A stretch of DNA of 43,449 nt, from contig CAYULE010000001.1 in NCBI GenBank assembly GCA_964445385.1, positions 1,507 to 44,955 of the forward strand, read 5' to 3'. A program made the position numbers and the translations under genes. Positions 18,025-27,570 of this stretch are shown here, one piece after another. Numbering within the stretch: position 1 is the stretch's first letter; each line of letters begins with the position of its first letter. The notes under the pieces are model-generated. The model was given only the letters and a program-made list of their open reading frames with translations. It ran no database searches and was not told the DNA's origin. This DNA comes from an uncultured Smithella sp. (GTDB lineage Bacteria > Desulfobacterota > Syntrophia > Syntrophales > Smithellaceae).

Positions 18025-21000
18025 ATGAAAACAAAATATACCCTATTGGACCGATTACTACGCTACAGGCAAGTTCTTTTTATTCTCACCGCCATTCTCA
18101 TTTTTATCGGTGTTGTTGCACTGGTTCAGATGCCACGGGATGAATTCCCGGAATTTAAAATCCGGCAGGGATTGATTATCGGCATCTTTCCCGGCGCTTC
18201 ATCGCATCAGGTTGAGGAACAATTGACCACAAAGGTTGAAAACTATTTGTTCCAATACAGTTCCGTTAAAAGATCCCAGACTTACTCTATTTCCAAAGAA
18301 AATGTCATGGTGGTGTATGTCGAAGTCGCTGAAAAAGAAAAAGACCCCGACGCGTTCTGGGTGAAACTCAGACATGGATTAAATGAACTCAAGGGAACGC
18401 TCCCTCCGGGCGTACTTTCGCTAACGGCTGATAATGATTTCGGCAACACGTCGGCCCTGCTGCTCGCGGTCCGGTCCGACACCAAAACCTATAAGGAACT
18501 TGAAAATTATATCAAGCGATTCGAGGACGATATCAGAAAAGTCCCATCGGTTTCGCGCGTAAAACACTACGGCCTGCAAAAAGAACAAATCAGCGTTTAT
18601 ATTGATGACGCGAAGATCACGCGTTATGGGATTAAGCCGCTGACCATCCTGGCCGCCTTAAAACCGCAAACGACCATCGGATATGCCGGTGAGATCGATG
18701 ATGGCAAACTCGTGCGGCCGATTCATATTCCCGCAAATTTTAAAACCGAACAGGATGTGGCAAATCAGATCATCTATTCCGATCCCCGGGGCAGTGTCGT
18801 CCGTGTGAAAGACGTTGCTAAAGTTGTGCGCGAATACGACGAGGCGGATTCTCATATCCGCGTCAACGGTAAAAAATGCCTGATCGTTTCACTGGAAATG
18901 CAGACCGGGAATAATATCGTTCAATTCGGAAATGACGTTGGCAAACGGATTGAAAATTTTTCCCAATCACTCCCCTCGGATATTAAGATCGAAACGATTT
19001 CCAATATCCCTGATGCCGTTTTTAAAGCGATTACAAATTTTATGAAGGAGTTCGCGATCGCCATCTTTGCCGTCATCCTGGTAACCTTGCTTCTCCTCCC
19101 GTTAAGGGTAGCACTAGTGGCGGCATCGACCATCCCGATTTCGATTCTCATTACCCTGGGGATTATGTGGATCATCGGCATGGATTTACAGACTGTCTCT
19201 CTGGCGGGGTTGATCATTGTTCTCGGTATGGTCGTGGATAACGCCATCGTAATTATCGACAACTATGTTGAAAAACTGGATAACGGCATAACACCTGCCG
19301 ATGCCGCCTCACAGAGCGTTACGGATCTTTTCGGCTCGGTATTTTCCGCCACCTTGATCCTGATCTCCTGCTTTTACCCGGTTCAGTTTTTCATGACCGG
19401 TATTGCTGAAGATTTCATAAAATCATTTCCATTAGCAATAACATTGGCACTGTTTATCTCGCTTTTTACGGCCGCGGCACTGGTGCCGCTTTTGGCCTAC
19501 ACCTATATCAAATACGGGATTAAGAACGATGCGCAAAAAGGAAGGAAAGCCGCCTTCCTGGAAGGTATCCAAAAGTTTTATGATGCGCTGGTGGAGAAGG
19601 CCTTTACCCGAAAGAAGCTTGTTGTGTTGATCGGTGCATCCTCGTTTATCCTTGGCCTGATCATTCTTGTCATTACACCCCAGCAGCCGTTTCCCACCAT
19701 CGAGCGAAATCAATTTGCCGTAGAAATATTCCTGCCGCAGGGAAGTTCTTTGCAGCAAACCGACGCGGTGCTGAAAGACCTTGAACAACTGCTTCAGAAA
19801 GATTCCCGTGTGAAAGTGGTAACCTCGTTTGTGGGGACAAGCTCTCCGCGTTTTCATACGCTGTACGCGCCGAACTTTCCGGCTAAACATTACGGGCAAT
19901 TGATCGTTCTCACCCAATCCAGTAAAGCAACCGCGGATATCCTTGACGAATACAGCGTCAAATACGTGAATCGTTATCCCCGGGCAGAATTAAAATGGAA
20001 GCAACTGGAGCTTGCCCAATTCAAAACGCCGATTGAAGTCCGCATTTCCGGTGATACGATTGAACCGATTAAACAGGTTGCGCGTCAGGTGGCGGATATT
20101 CTGCGACGCACCGAAGGAACATTATTCGTGCGTACGGATTATAAGCAGCCGCTTCAAACCGTTGACCTTGATATTAAAAAAGATGAAGCGAGCCGGCTCG
20201 GATATTCCAACGCCCTGCTTGGCTATTCACTGATGGCAGGCACCAGGGGATTTCCCGTGGCCACCATCTGGGAAGGGGATTATCCCGTCGATGTCAAATT
20301 AAGAATCGACAAAAATACAAAATCGAACATTGACGACATCAATAATCAGTATGTGACATCACCTTTTCTCGTTACCTCAGTACCCCTGCGTCAGCTGGCA
20401 GATCTGAAGCCGGGGTGGACCGAGGGAGAAATTGTCAGGCGAAACGGGTTGCGCACCATAACGGTCCTTTCGGACATCAAGAGAGGAAATTACACATCCT
20501 CTATTTTCGGCAGAGTAAAACCACAAATAGATAAATTGCAACTCCCGGCAGGCGTCGGAATCGAATACGGTGGAGAGCACCGGGACAATATCGAATTTCT
20601 GACCCCACTATACTGGTCACTGGCAGTCAGCATCGCCATTATTTTCCTGATCCTGATGGTCCAGTTTAGAAACATCAGAACATCTCTACTGATCATGCTG
20701 ACGATGCCGTTGAGTATCTTTGGAGCGGCCCTCGGCGTTTTTATTACCGGATATCCGTTAAGCGTGACAGCAATCATCGGAGTGATCGGCTTGATGGGCA
20801 TCGTCGTGCGTAATGGAATTATTTATATCTCGTATGCGGAAGAACTACGCAGGAAACATGGGCAAACACTTGAAGAAGCCGCCATCTCCGCCGCGAAGCG
20901 AAGAATGCGTCCAATCTTTCTGACCGCGGCCGCCGCCGCTGTTGCAGTTATACCGATGATTGCAAGCGGTTCATCGTTATGGGGTCCGCTGGGTTCGGTT

Positions 21001-21114
21001 ATATGCTTCGGCCTGATTTTTGGTGTGGTACTTTCGCTGCTCGTCCTTCCGGTGCTTTATTATTTCTTCCATCAGTCTGATTTTGACAACCCTCAAGAAA
21101 GTGAAACCCTATGA
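18025..21114 (+). CDS. RND efflux transporter permease (AcrB/AcrD/AcrF superfamily, divergent)
   Basis: 1029-aa ORF with 12-TM/two-large-loop topology. It has a conserved TM4 motif (GMVVDNAIVIIDN). Confidence 0.9.
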   Translation: MKTKYTLLDRLLRYRQVLFILTAILIFIGVVALVQMPRDEFPEFKIRQGLIIGIFPGASSHQVEEQLTTKVENYLFQYSSVKRSQTYSISKENVMVVYVEVAEKEKDPDAFWVKLRHGLNELKGTLPPGVLSLTADNDFGNTSALLLAVRSDTKTYKELENYIKRFEDDIRKVPSVSRVKHYGLQKEQISVYIDDAKITRYGIKPLTILAALKPQTTIGYAGEIDDGKLVRPIHIPANFKTEQDVANQIIYSDPRGSVVRVKDVAKVVREYDEADSHIRVNGKKCLIVSLEMQTGNNIVQFGNDVGKRIENFSQSLPSDIKIETISNIPDAVFKAITNFMKEFAIAIFAVILVTLLLLPLRVALVAASTIPISILITLGIMWIIGMDLQTVSLAGLIIVLGMVVDNAIVIIDNYVEKLDNGITPADAASQSVTDLFGSVFSATLILISCFYPVQFFMTGIAEDFIKSFPLAITLALFISLFTAAALVPLLAYTYIKYGIKNDAQKGRKAAFLEGIQKFYDALVEKAFTRKKLVVLIGASSFILGLIILVITPQQPFPTIERNQFAVEIFLPQGSSLQQTDAVLKDLEQLLQKDSRVKVVTSFVGTSSPRFHTLYAPNFPAKHYGQLIVLTQSSKATADILDEYSVKYVNRYPRAELKWKQLELAQFKTPIEVRISGDTIEPIKQVARQVADILRRTEGTLFVRTDYKQPLQTVDLDIKKDEASRLGYSNALLGYSLMAGTRGFPVATIWEGDYPVDVKLRIDKNTKSNIDDINNQYVTSPFLVTSVPLRQLADLKPGWTEGEIVRRNGLRTITVLSDIKRGNYTSSIFGRVKPQIDKLQLPAGVGIEYGGEHRDNIEFLTPLYWSLAVSIAIIFLILMVQFRNIRTSLLIMLTMPLSIFGAALGVFITGYPLSVTAIIGVIGLMGIVVRNGIIYISYAEELRRKHGQTLEEAAISAAKRRMRPIFLTAAAAAVAVIPMIASGSSLWGPLGSVICFGLIFGVVLSLLVLPVLYYFFHQSDFDNPQESETL

Positions 21115-22373
21115 AAAAAATATTGATCTTTTTGTCCATCATAGCCATCTTGGGTATCAACCAAGCTTTTGCACAGCAGACCCTTTCGCTTACGGAAAGC
21201 AAACAGCTTGCGCTTCAGAATAATTATAAAATCAAAAACAGTGATCTCGAAATCGAAGCCGCGCGACAGAAAAAGAAAGCGGCGTTTACCAATTATTTTC
21301 CGACCATCAGCGCAAGCGGCACAATGTTCAAAGCCGACGATGAGCTGATAGAGTTGCTGGGACTGGGCCTGCTCAAAAGCGGAACCCTGGGAATGGCAAC
21401 CGCTGTTCAACCCGTATTTGCCGGCGGCCGAATACTTTACGGCAATCAACTGGCTTCACTTGGAGAAGATGTAAGCAAACATAAGGGCCGACTTTCTCAA
21501 AATGAAGTGCTGCTGAAAACAGAAGAGCAATACTGGCTCGTGGTAGCGCTTACCGAAAAAATACACACGCTCCAGAAATATGAAGAACTGCTGAACAGGC
21601 TTCTGGTGCAGACGGAAGATGCATTTAACGCAGGTCTCATCTTGAAGAACGACGTTTTGAAAGTTAAATTGAAACGCAGCGAAATCCTTCTCAATAAATC
21701 AAAAGTTGAAAACGGAAAGAAGCTTGCCACCATGGCATTCTGCCAATACATTGGAATCGGGTATGATCCGTCGCTCGTGCTTAAAGACACTTTGCTTATC
21801 ATCGATCTTCCGCAAACCTATTACGTTGATCACGCAAAAGCACTGGAAAACAGAACCGAACACAAATTATTGAAATCGTCGGTACGCGCAGAAGAATTGC
21901 AGACAAAAATGAAACTCGGAGAATACCTTCCTCAAGCCGGCGTCGGTGTCGGTGGAATTTACATGAAACTCGATGAAGGGAGTGATAAAACAAATGCAAT
22001 GATTTTCGGCACCCTCTCTATCCCCATTTCCAAATGGTGGGAGGCTTCTCATACATTGAGTGAACGAAGGGTTAAAGAGAAAATCGCGCAGAACAATTTC
22101 AAGGATTATTCTGAATTACTCCTGCTTCAGATGCAAAAAGCATGGCAGGATTTGTCGGACACATACCAGCAGGTATTATTGAGCGAAGAAGCAAAAACTC
22201 AGGCCGAAGAAAATCTGAAGATGAATCAAGTCAGTTACGAAAATGGATTAACCAGCATCACCGATCTGTTGGAAGCGCAAGCCATGCTTCAACAAACTAA
22301 CGATCGGTTGACAGATGCAAAAGCTAGTTACAGAAACCATTTGACTTCATATTTACAGATGACAGGTCGATAA
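21111..22373 (+). CDS. TolC-family outer membrane efflux protein
   Basis: 420-aa ORF. ATGA overlap with the pump gene. It has a Sec signal (AILGINQAFA/QQ) and two repeated halves rich in coiled-coil segments. Confidence 0.85.
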   Translation: MKKILIFLSIIAILGINQAFAQQTLSLTESKQLALQNNYKIKNSDLEIEAARQKKKAAFTNYFPTISASGTMFKADDELIELLGLGLLKSGTLGMATAVQPVFAGGRILYGNQLASLGEDVSKHKGRLSQNEVLLKTEEQYWLVVALTEKIHTLQKYEELLNRLLVQTEDAFNAGLILKNDVLKVKLKRSEILLNKSKVENGKKLATMAFCQYIGIGYDPSLVLKDTLLIIDLPQTYYVDHAKALENRTEHKLLKSSVRAEELQTKMKLGEYLPQAGVGVGGIYMKLDEGSDKTNAMIFGTLSIPISKWWEASHTLSERRVKEKIAQNNFKDYSELLLLQMQKAWQDLSDTYQQVLLSEEAKTQAEENLKMNQVSYENGLTSITDLLEAQAMLQQTNDRLTDAKASYRNHLTSYLQMTGR

Positions 22374-22511
22374 AAGGCCTTTTATCTTCTAAAAAAGCCG
22401 AATTGCAGATATTTAACTTATTAATATAAATAGAGATATACCAACATTCATCGTCTGGATAAATTTCTTGACATCATTATCAATTCTAATGTAGATATTT
22501 ATCCACTCGAA

Positions 22512-22529
22512 TGAATGAATGTTCATTCA
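22512..22529. promoter_or_regulatory. Palindromic candidate TetR operator upstream of efflux operon 2
   Basis: TGAATGAA-tg-TTCATTCA (8+2+8, perfect arms), ending 18 nt upstream of the tetR ATG. A TTGACA hexamer lies at 22468-22473. Confidence 0.45.
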
Positions 22530-22547
22530 CAAATATAGGTCAAATTG

Positions 22548-23132
22548 ATGAATAAATCGGATAAACGTGCTGACATAATTCAAGCATCCCTGGAACTCAT
22601 TTCCGAACGGGGGTTCCACGGCGCCCCGATGGCTGACATCGCTGAAAAAGCAGGTGTGGCCGCCGGCACAATCTATCGGTATTTTGAAAATAAGGATGTA
22701 CTCATCAACGAGTTGTTCCAGGAAATTGAAGACAAGTTGACGGAGCTTCTCCTTGGCAATTACCCGACAGGGAAGCCGGTTAAAGAACAATTTTTCTACG
22801 TATTCGGTGAACTTTGTCGGTATCTTATCATGCACCCCCTTTATTTCCGTTATATGGAACAGTACTTCAGCTCCCCTTACGGAATTTCCAAACGTCGCGA
22901 CAAACTTTTGAGCGAGAATATTAATCATGATGGTCACGATACACTCCGAAGAATCTTTGATGAGGGAATCTCTCAACAGATTCTGAAAGATTTACCGATC
23001 ATTGTGCTTAGTTCTCTGGCCATCGGTCCCATGATTTTTTTGATACGCGACCATACGCTCGGTTTTGTTGTGTTGGAGGAATCCCTGATCCGACAAATTA
23101 CCGAAGCCTGCTGGGATGCAATCAAGAGGTAA
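22548..23132 (+). CDS. TetR/AcrR-family transcriptional regulator (efflux operon 2)
   Basis: 194-aa ORF from ATG 22548; the ORF track starts one codon earlier at TTG 22545. TetR HTH: IIQASLELISERGFHGAPMADIAEKAGVAAGTIYRYFENKDVL. Confidence 0.88.
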   Translation: MNKSDKRADIIQASLELISERGFHGAPMADIAEKAGVAAGTIYRYFENKDVLINELFQEIEDKLTELLLGNYPTGKPVKEQFFYVFGELCRYLIMHPLYFRYMEQYFSSPYGISKRRDKLLSENINHDGHDTLRRIFDEGISQQILKDLPIIVLSSLAIGPMIFLIRDHTLGFVVLEESLIRQITEACWDAIKR

Positions 23133-23187
23133 TGCAAAATATTTTATGATCAAAAAATGGAATTTATTCTTTAAACAGAGGTGTTCA

Positions 23188-24381
23188 ATGAAAAGGAATT
23201 GCAGAGTCGGGCTGATAACTGTCGCGGTTATTCTTCTTACGGGTTTGATTTTTGTTGGTTGTGGGGATAAAAAAGGCGGACCACCCCCGACGCCTGAAGT
23301 TGCCTTTCTAGCAATACAACTAAAGCCCGTGGCCACCACAACCGAATTGGCCGGTCGGACGTCCGCCAATTTAGTCGCTGAAGTGCGTCCTCAAGTAGGC
23401 GGCATTATCAAAAAACGTCTGTTTACGGAAGGCGCTGATGTGCGCGCCGGCCAGGTTCTCTTTCAAATCGATCCCGCCCTCTACCAGGCGGCACTTGACA
23501 ATGCCAAGGCTACACTGGCCAGAGCCGAGGCTAACCTCATGGCTGTTAAGCTGAGGGCGGACCGCATGCGGGAACTGCTGGTCGATAAGGCAGTCAGCCA
23601 ACAGGATTACGACAATGCGGCCGCAGCGTTGAAACAGACTCAGGCGGATATTCAATATGGGAAGGCCACACTCGAAACCGCCCGCATTAATTTGAAATAC
23701 ACCAGTATTACCGCGCCTATTTCGGGTCGTATTGGAAAGTCAACCGTTACCGAGGGTGCCCTGGTAACGGCTCAACAGCCAGCAGCATTGGCCACCATTC
23801 AGCAACTGGATCCGATGTATGTGGATGTCAACCAGTCCACGGCTGATATTCTTCGCCTGCGCCGCCAGCTTCAAGAAGGGCAATTGGATCGAAACGGCAA
23901 GAATCAACAAAAGGTTAAACTTCTTTTAGATAATGGCACAGAATATCCATTAACAGGGAACCTGCAATTTCGTGACATTACCGTCGATCCAACCACCGGA
24001 TCAGTCGTTCTACGAATTTTATTCCCCAATCCGGAAGGCATCCTGCTGCCGGGCATGTTTGTCCGGGCAGTTGTACAGGAAGGCATCCATAAAAAGGCCA
24101 TCCTCATACCCCAGCAGGCCGTGTCCCGAGATCCCAAGGGGAATCCTCTGACATTAATCGTGGATGCCAAAGGAACCGTTCAGAAACGGCCTCTCACGCT
24201 TGATAGAGCCATCGGAGATACCTGGCTGGTTTCATCAGGCCTTGAAGAAGGCGATCGGGTAATTGTCGAAGGAATGCTGAAAGTAAAACCGGGTATTCCC
24301 GTAAAAGCCGTCCCTTTTGAAATCGGCAAGCAAAACAGCGGGAAAATAAACAACGCGGCCCCGCCTGCAAAAACAAATTAA
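23188..24381 (+). CDS. RND efflux periplasmic adaptor, AcrA/MexA-like lipoprotein
   Basis: The ORF track gives 23116..24381. I prefer ATG 23188, preceded by AGAGGTG, which gives MKRNCRVGLITVAVILLTGLIFVGCG (lipobox). There is strong AcrA-like similarity (GRTSA...AEVRPQVGGII..R.F.EG..V..GQ.LFQIDPA.YQAA). Confidence 0.9.
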   Translation: MKRNCRVGLITVAVILLTGLIFVGCGDKKGGPPPTPEVAFLAIQLKPVATTTELAGRTSANLVAEVRPQVGGIIKKRLFTEGADVRAGQVLFQIDPALYQAALDNAKATLARAEANLMAVKLRADRMRELLVDKAVSQQDYDNAAAALKQTQADIQYGKATLETARINLKYTSITAPISGRIGKSTVTEGALVTAQQPAALATIQQLDPMYVDVNQSTADILRLRRQLQEGQLDRNGKNQQKVKLLLDNGTEYPLTGNLQFRDITVDPTTGSVVLRILFPNPEGILLPGMFVRAVVQEGIHKKAILIPQQAVSRDPKGNPLTLIVDAKGTVQKRPLTLDRAIGDTWLVSSGLEEGDRVIVEGMLKVKPGIPVKAVPFEIGKQNSGKINNAAPPAKTN

Positions 24382-24395
24382 CGGGGGGTCGTCTC

Positions 24396-27300
24396 ATGTT
24401 GTCAAAATTCTTTTTGGATCGTCCGGTTTTCGCGTGGGTCATTGCCATTATCATCATGGCAGTGGGTATCATCGCCATCTACAATCTGCCTATTTCCCAA
24501 TATCCGCAAATGGCCCCGCCCACCATTGCGATTTCGGCCTCCTATCCCGGCTCTTCCGCCGAGACCGTGGAAAACAGTGTCACCCAGGTCATCGAGCAGA
24601 AAATGACAGGCCTGGACAATCTGATCTATATGTCCGCCTCCAGTGATTCTGCGGGCGGCTCCCGCCTGGAGTTGACTTTCGCTCCGGGGACTGATCCGGA
24701 TGTCGCCTGGTCCAAGGTGCAAAATAAGGTTCAGTCCGCTATGTCGAGTCTGCCCGATGTGGTGGAGAGCCAGGGAGTGCAGGTCACCAAATCAACGCGC
24801 AATTATCTGATGTTCGTCGGCCTGATTTCGGAAGACGGCTCGATGGACGGCACGGATCTGAGAGACTATGCCAAATCCAACCTGGAAAAAATTATGGCGC
24901 GTGTTCCCGGAGTGGGCGAAGTGGAAGTCTTTGGCAGCGGTTATGCCATGCGTGTCTGGCTCAATCCCCAAAAGCTGACGGATTATCGAATAACTGTCGA
25001 AGATGTTCTCGTGGCGCTTAAATCCTATAACGTAGAGGTTTCCGCAGGCCAGTTCGGCGGTGCACCCTCCATTCCCGGCCAGCGTTTAAATGCAACGATC
25101 ATCGTTCAGAATATGCTTTCAACGCCTGAGGAGTTTGGCCGGATTCCTCTTCGAACCAATCCGGACGGCTCCATTGTGCGTATCAGTGATGTAGGACGAA
25201 CCGAGCTGGGTACGGAGATTTATGATATCCAGGTTTTCAACAACGGCAGGCCTGCCGCGGGCATCGCCATCCGGCAGTCGCCGGACGCCAACGCCCTGGA
25301 TACGGCCGATAACGTTAAAGCAAAAATGGCGGAGATGAGCCGGTTTTTCCCCGCCGGCATGAAAGTCGTCTATCCCAACGATTCGACCACCTTCATCAAA
25401 GTCTCCATCAATGAAGTGATCAAGACCCTGGTCATCGCCATCGTGCTGGTCTTTCTGGTGATGTTGCTTTTTCTGGGCAACATACGGGCCACGCTTATTC
25501 CCACCATCGCCGTACCGGTGGTTCTACTGGGAACATTCGCCGTTTTGGGGCTCTTCGGATATTCCATTAACATGCTGACGATGTTTGCCATGGTGCTCGC
25601 CATCGGCCTTCTGGTCGATGACGCCATCGTGGTCGTGGAAAACGTGGAACGCATCATGAGCGAGGAGGGACTTCCTCCCAAAGAAGCCACGGCCAAATCC
25701 ATGGAACAAATTACCAGCGCGCTTGTCGGCATTGGACTGGTGCTGGCCGCCGTTTTCGGCCCCATGGCCTTCTTCCCGGGCTCAACCGGCGTCATCTATC
25801 GCCAGTTTTCCATAACGATTATTTCGGCGATGCTTCTTTCGGTCGTCGTGGCCTTGATCCTGACACCGGTTTTGTGCGCAGCACTCCTCAAACCGGTAAA
25901 AGCCGGGCACGAACCGGCGGAAAATGCCGTCTTTTTTGCAAGGCCATTTCTCTTGTGGTTCGATCGCATGTTCTTCAGCCTTCGGGACCATTATGTGAGA
26001 CTGGTCGGCCATTCCCTCACCCGGAAAAAACGCTATCTGGCTGTCTTTGCCGTGATCATCGTTGTCATGGGCGTTTTGTTCCTGCGCATGCCCACCGCTT
26101 ATCTACCGGATGAAGACCAGGGAACGCTGCTTGCCCAGGTCATCATGCCCACAGGCTCCACGCTGGAACAGACCGGAGAGATCACGAAACAAATTGATAA
26201 ATATTTTCGGGAAAATGAAAAAGAAGCCGTGGAAATGGTGATGACCATTACCGGTATCGGATTTTCCGGACGGTCGCAAAATAACGGCATGGTCTGGATC
26301 AGACTTAAAGACTGGCACCTGCGCGACCGGGCTGATTTGAAAGCCAAGGCCATTGCCGGAAGAGCCATGGGCGCCCTTTCCGGCATCCGCAACGCCATGG
26401 TATTCACCTTTCAACCGCCGGCTGTTCCGGAACTGGGCACATCCATGGGGTTCGACTTTCAGTTGCTGGACCGCGGGGGGTTGGGTCATCAGGCCCTGAT
26501 GGAAGGACAATACCAGCTATTGGGCCTTACGGCCAAGGACTCCAGGGTCACCAAGGTCCGGCCCAACAGCATGGAGGATGTTCCTCAATACCGTATCGAT
26601 GTGGACTGGGAAAAAGCCGGCGCCCTCGGGATTCCCATCACGTCCATCCACACCACCCTCTCCGCCGCTTTCGGCAGCGCCTACGCCAACGATTTTGTTC
26701 AGGGCGGCCGCATCAAAAGAGTGTATATCCAGGCGGATGCTCCCTACCGTATGCTGCCCAAAGACCTGGAAAAGCTCTATGTCCGCAACACTCAGGGTAA
26801 AATGGTTCCTTTTTCTTCTTTTGCCTCGGGCCGCTGGACGTCCGGCGCTCCAAGACTCACACGCTTTAACGGATTCCCCTCCATCAACATATGGGGAGAA
26901 CCTTCATCGGGTAAGAGTTCGGGCGAAGCCATGCAGGCCATGGAAGACGCCATGGGAAAGCTGCCCAATGGTTTTGGTTTTGACTGGAGCGGTCTTTCCT
27001 ATCAGGAACGGATGGCAAGTTCCCAGGCGCCGCTTTTGTATGCCTTCTCCATTTTCGTGATTTTTTTATGTCTGGCCGCACTCTATGAGAGTTGGACGAT
27101 TCCCATCGCCATCCTGCTGGTGCTGCCGCTGGGTGTCATCGGCGGGATCATCGCATCAAGTTCGCGCGGACTGGCCAATGATGTTTATTTCCAGATCGGA
27201 CTTCTGACGACGCTGGGCCTGGCCACAAAAAACGCGATCCTGATCGTCCAGTTTGCCAAGAGCGGACTGGAAAAAGGTATGGGAGTCATTGAAGCCACCA

Positions 27301-27569
27301 TCGAGGGAGCAAAGCTCCGATTCCGCCCGATTCTCATGACCTCGCTGGCCTTCGGTTTCGGGGTCCTGCCTCTGGCCATCACCACCGGCGCGGGCGCAGG
27401 CGCCCAGAACGCCATCGGCACCAGCGTATTGGGAGGAATGATTACAGCAACCCTCCTGGTGGTTGTTTTTGCCCCGTTGTTTTACGTGCTGATCGAAAAG
27501 CTCTTTGGCAGACAGCAAAAGCGGAAATCGACCGGTGCTGAGAGCGCGAATTCATCAGAGGTTAAATGA
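24396..27569 (+). CDS. Multidrug RND permease, AcrB/MexB-like (HAE1 family)
   Basis: 1057-aa ORF. The N-terminus MLSKFFLDRPVFAWVIAIIIMAVGIIAIYNLPISQYPQMAPPTIAISASYPG aligns almost residue for residue with E. coli AcrB as I recall it. Confidence 0.93.
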   Translation: MLSKFFLDRPVFAWVIAIIIMAVGIIAIYNLPISQYPQMAPPTIAISASYPGSSAETVENSVTQVIEQKMTGLDNLIYMSASSDSAGGSRLELTFAPGTDPDVAWSKVQNKVQSAMSSLPDVVESQGVQVTKSTRNYLMFVGLISEDGSMDGTDLRDYAKSNLEKIMARVPGVGEVEVFGSGYAMRVWLNPQKLTDYRITVEDVLVALKSYNVEVSAGQFGGAPSIPGQRLNATIIVQNMLSTPEEFGRIPLRTNPDGSIVRISDVGRTELGTEIYDIQVFNNGRPAAGIAIRQSPDANALDTADNVKAKMAEMSRFFPAGMKVVYPNDSTTFIKVSINEVIKTLVIAIVLVFLVMLLFLGNIRATLIPTIAVPVVLLGTFAVLGLFGYSINMLTMFAMVLAIGLLVDDAIVVVENVERIMSEEGLPPKEATAKSMEQITSALVGIGLVLAAVFGPMAFFPGSTGVIYRQFSITIISAMLLSVVVALILTPVLCAALLKPVKAGHEPAENAVFFARPFLLWFDRMFFSLRDHYVRLVGHSLTRKKRYLAVFAVIIVVMGVLFLRMPTAYLPDEDQGTLLAQVIMPTGSTLEQTGEITKQIDKYFRENEKEAVEMVMTITGIGFSGRSQNNGMVWIRLKDWHLRDRADLKAKAIAGRAMGALSGIRNAMVFTFQPPAVPELGTSMGFDFQLLDRGGLGHQALMEGQYQLLGLTAKDSRVTKVRPNSMEDVPQYRIDVDWEKAGALGIPITSIHTTLSAAFGSAYANDFVQGGRIKRVYIQADAPYRMLPKDLEKLYVRNTQGKMVPFSSFASGRWTSGAPRLTRFNGFPSINIWGEPSSGKSSGEAMQAMEDAMGKLPNGFGFDWSGLSYQERMASSQAPLLYAFSIFVIFLCLAALYESWTIPIAILLVLPLGVIGGIIASSSRGLANDVYFQIGLLTTLGLATKNAILIVQFAKSGLEKGMGVIEATIEGAKLRFRPILMTSLAFGFGVLPLAITTGAGAGAQNAIGTSVLGGMITATLLVVVFAPLFYVLIEKLFGRQQKRKSTGAESANSSEVK

Positions 27570-27570
27570 T

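Noticed and set aside
22370-22385. Perfect 16-nt palindrome ATAAAAGGCCTTTTAT overlapping the tolC-like stop, considered as a terminator.
   Set aside because: With zero loop the effective stem is about 5-6 AT-rich bp, too weak to call an intrinsic terminator with confidence.
22527-22976. 149-aa minus-strand ORF.
   Set aside because: It is antisense to the TetR regulator of operon 2, which has a clear HTH and sits in operon context.
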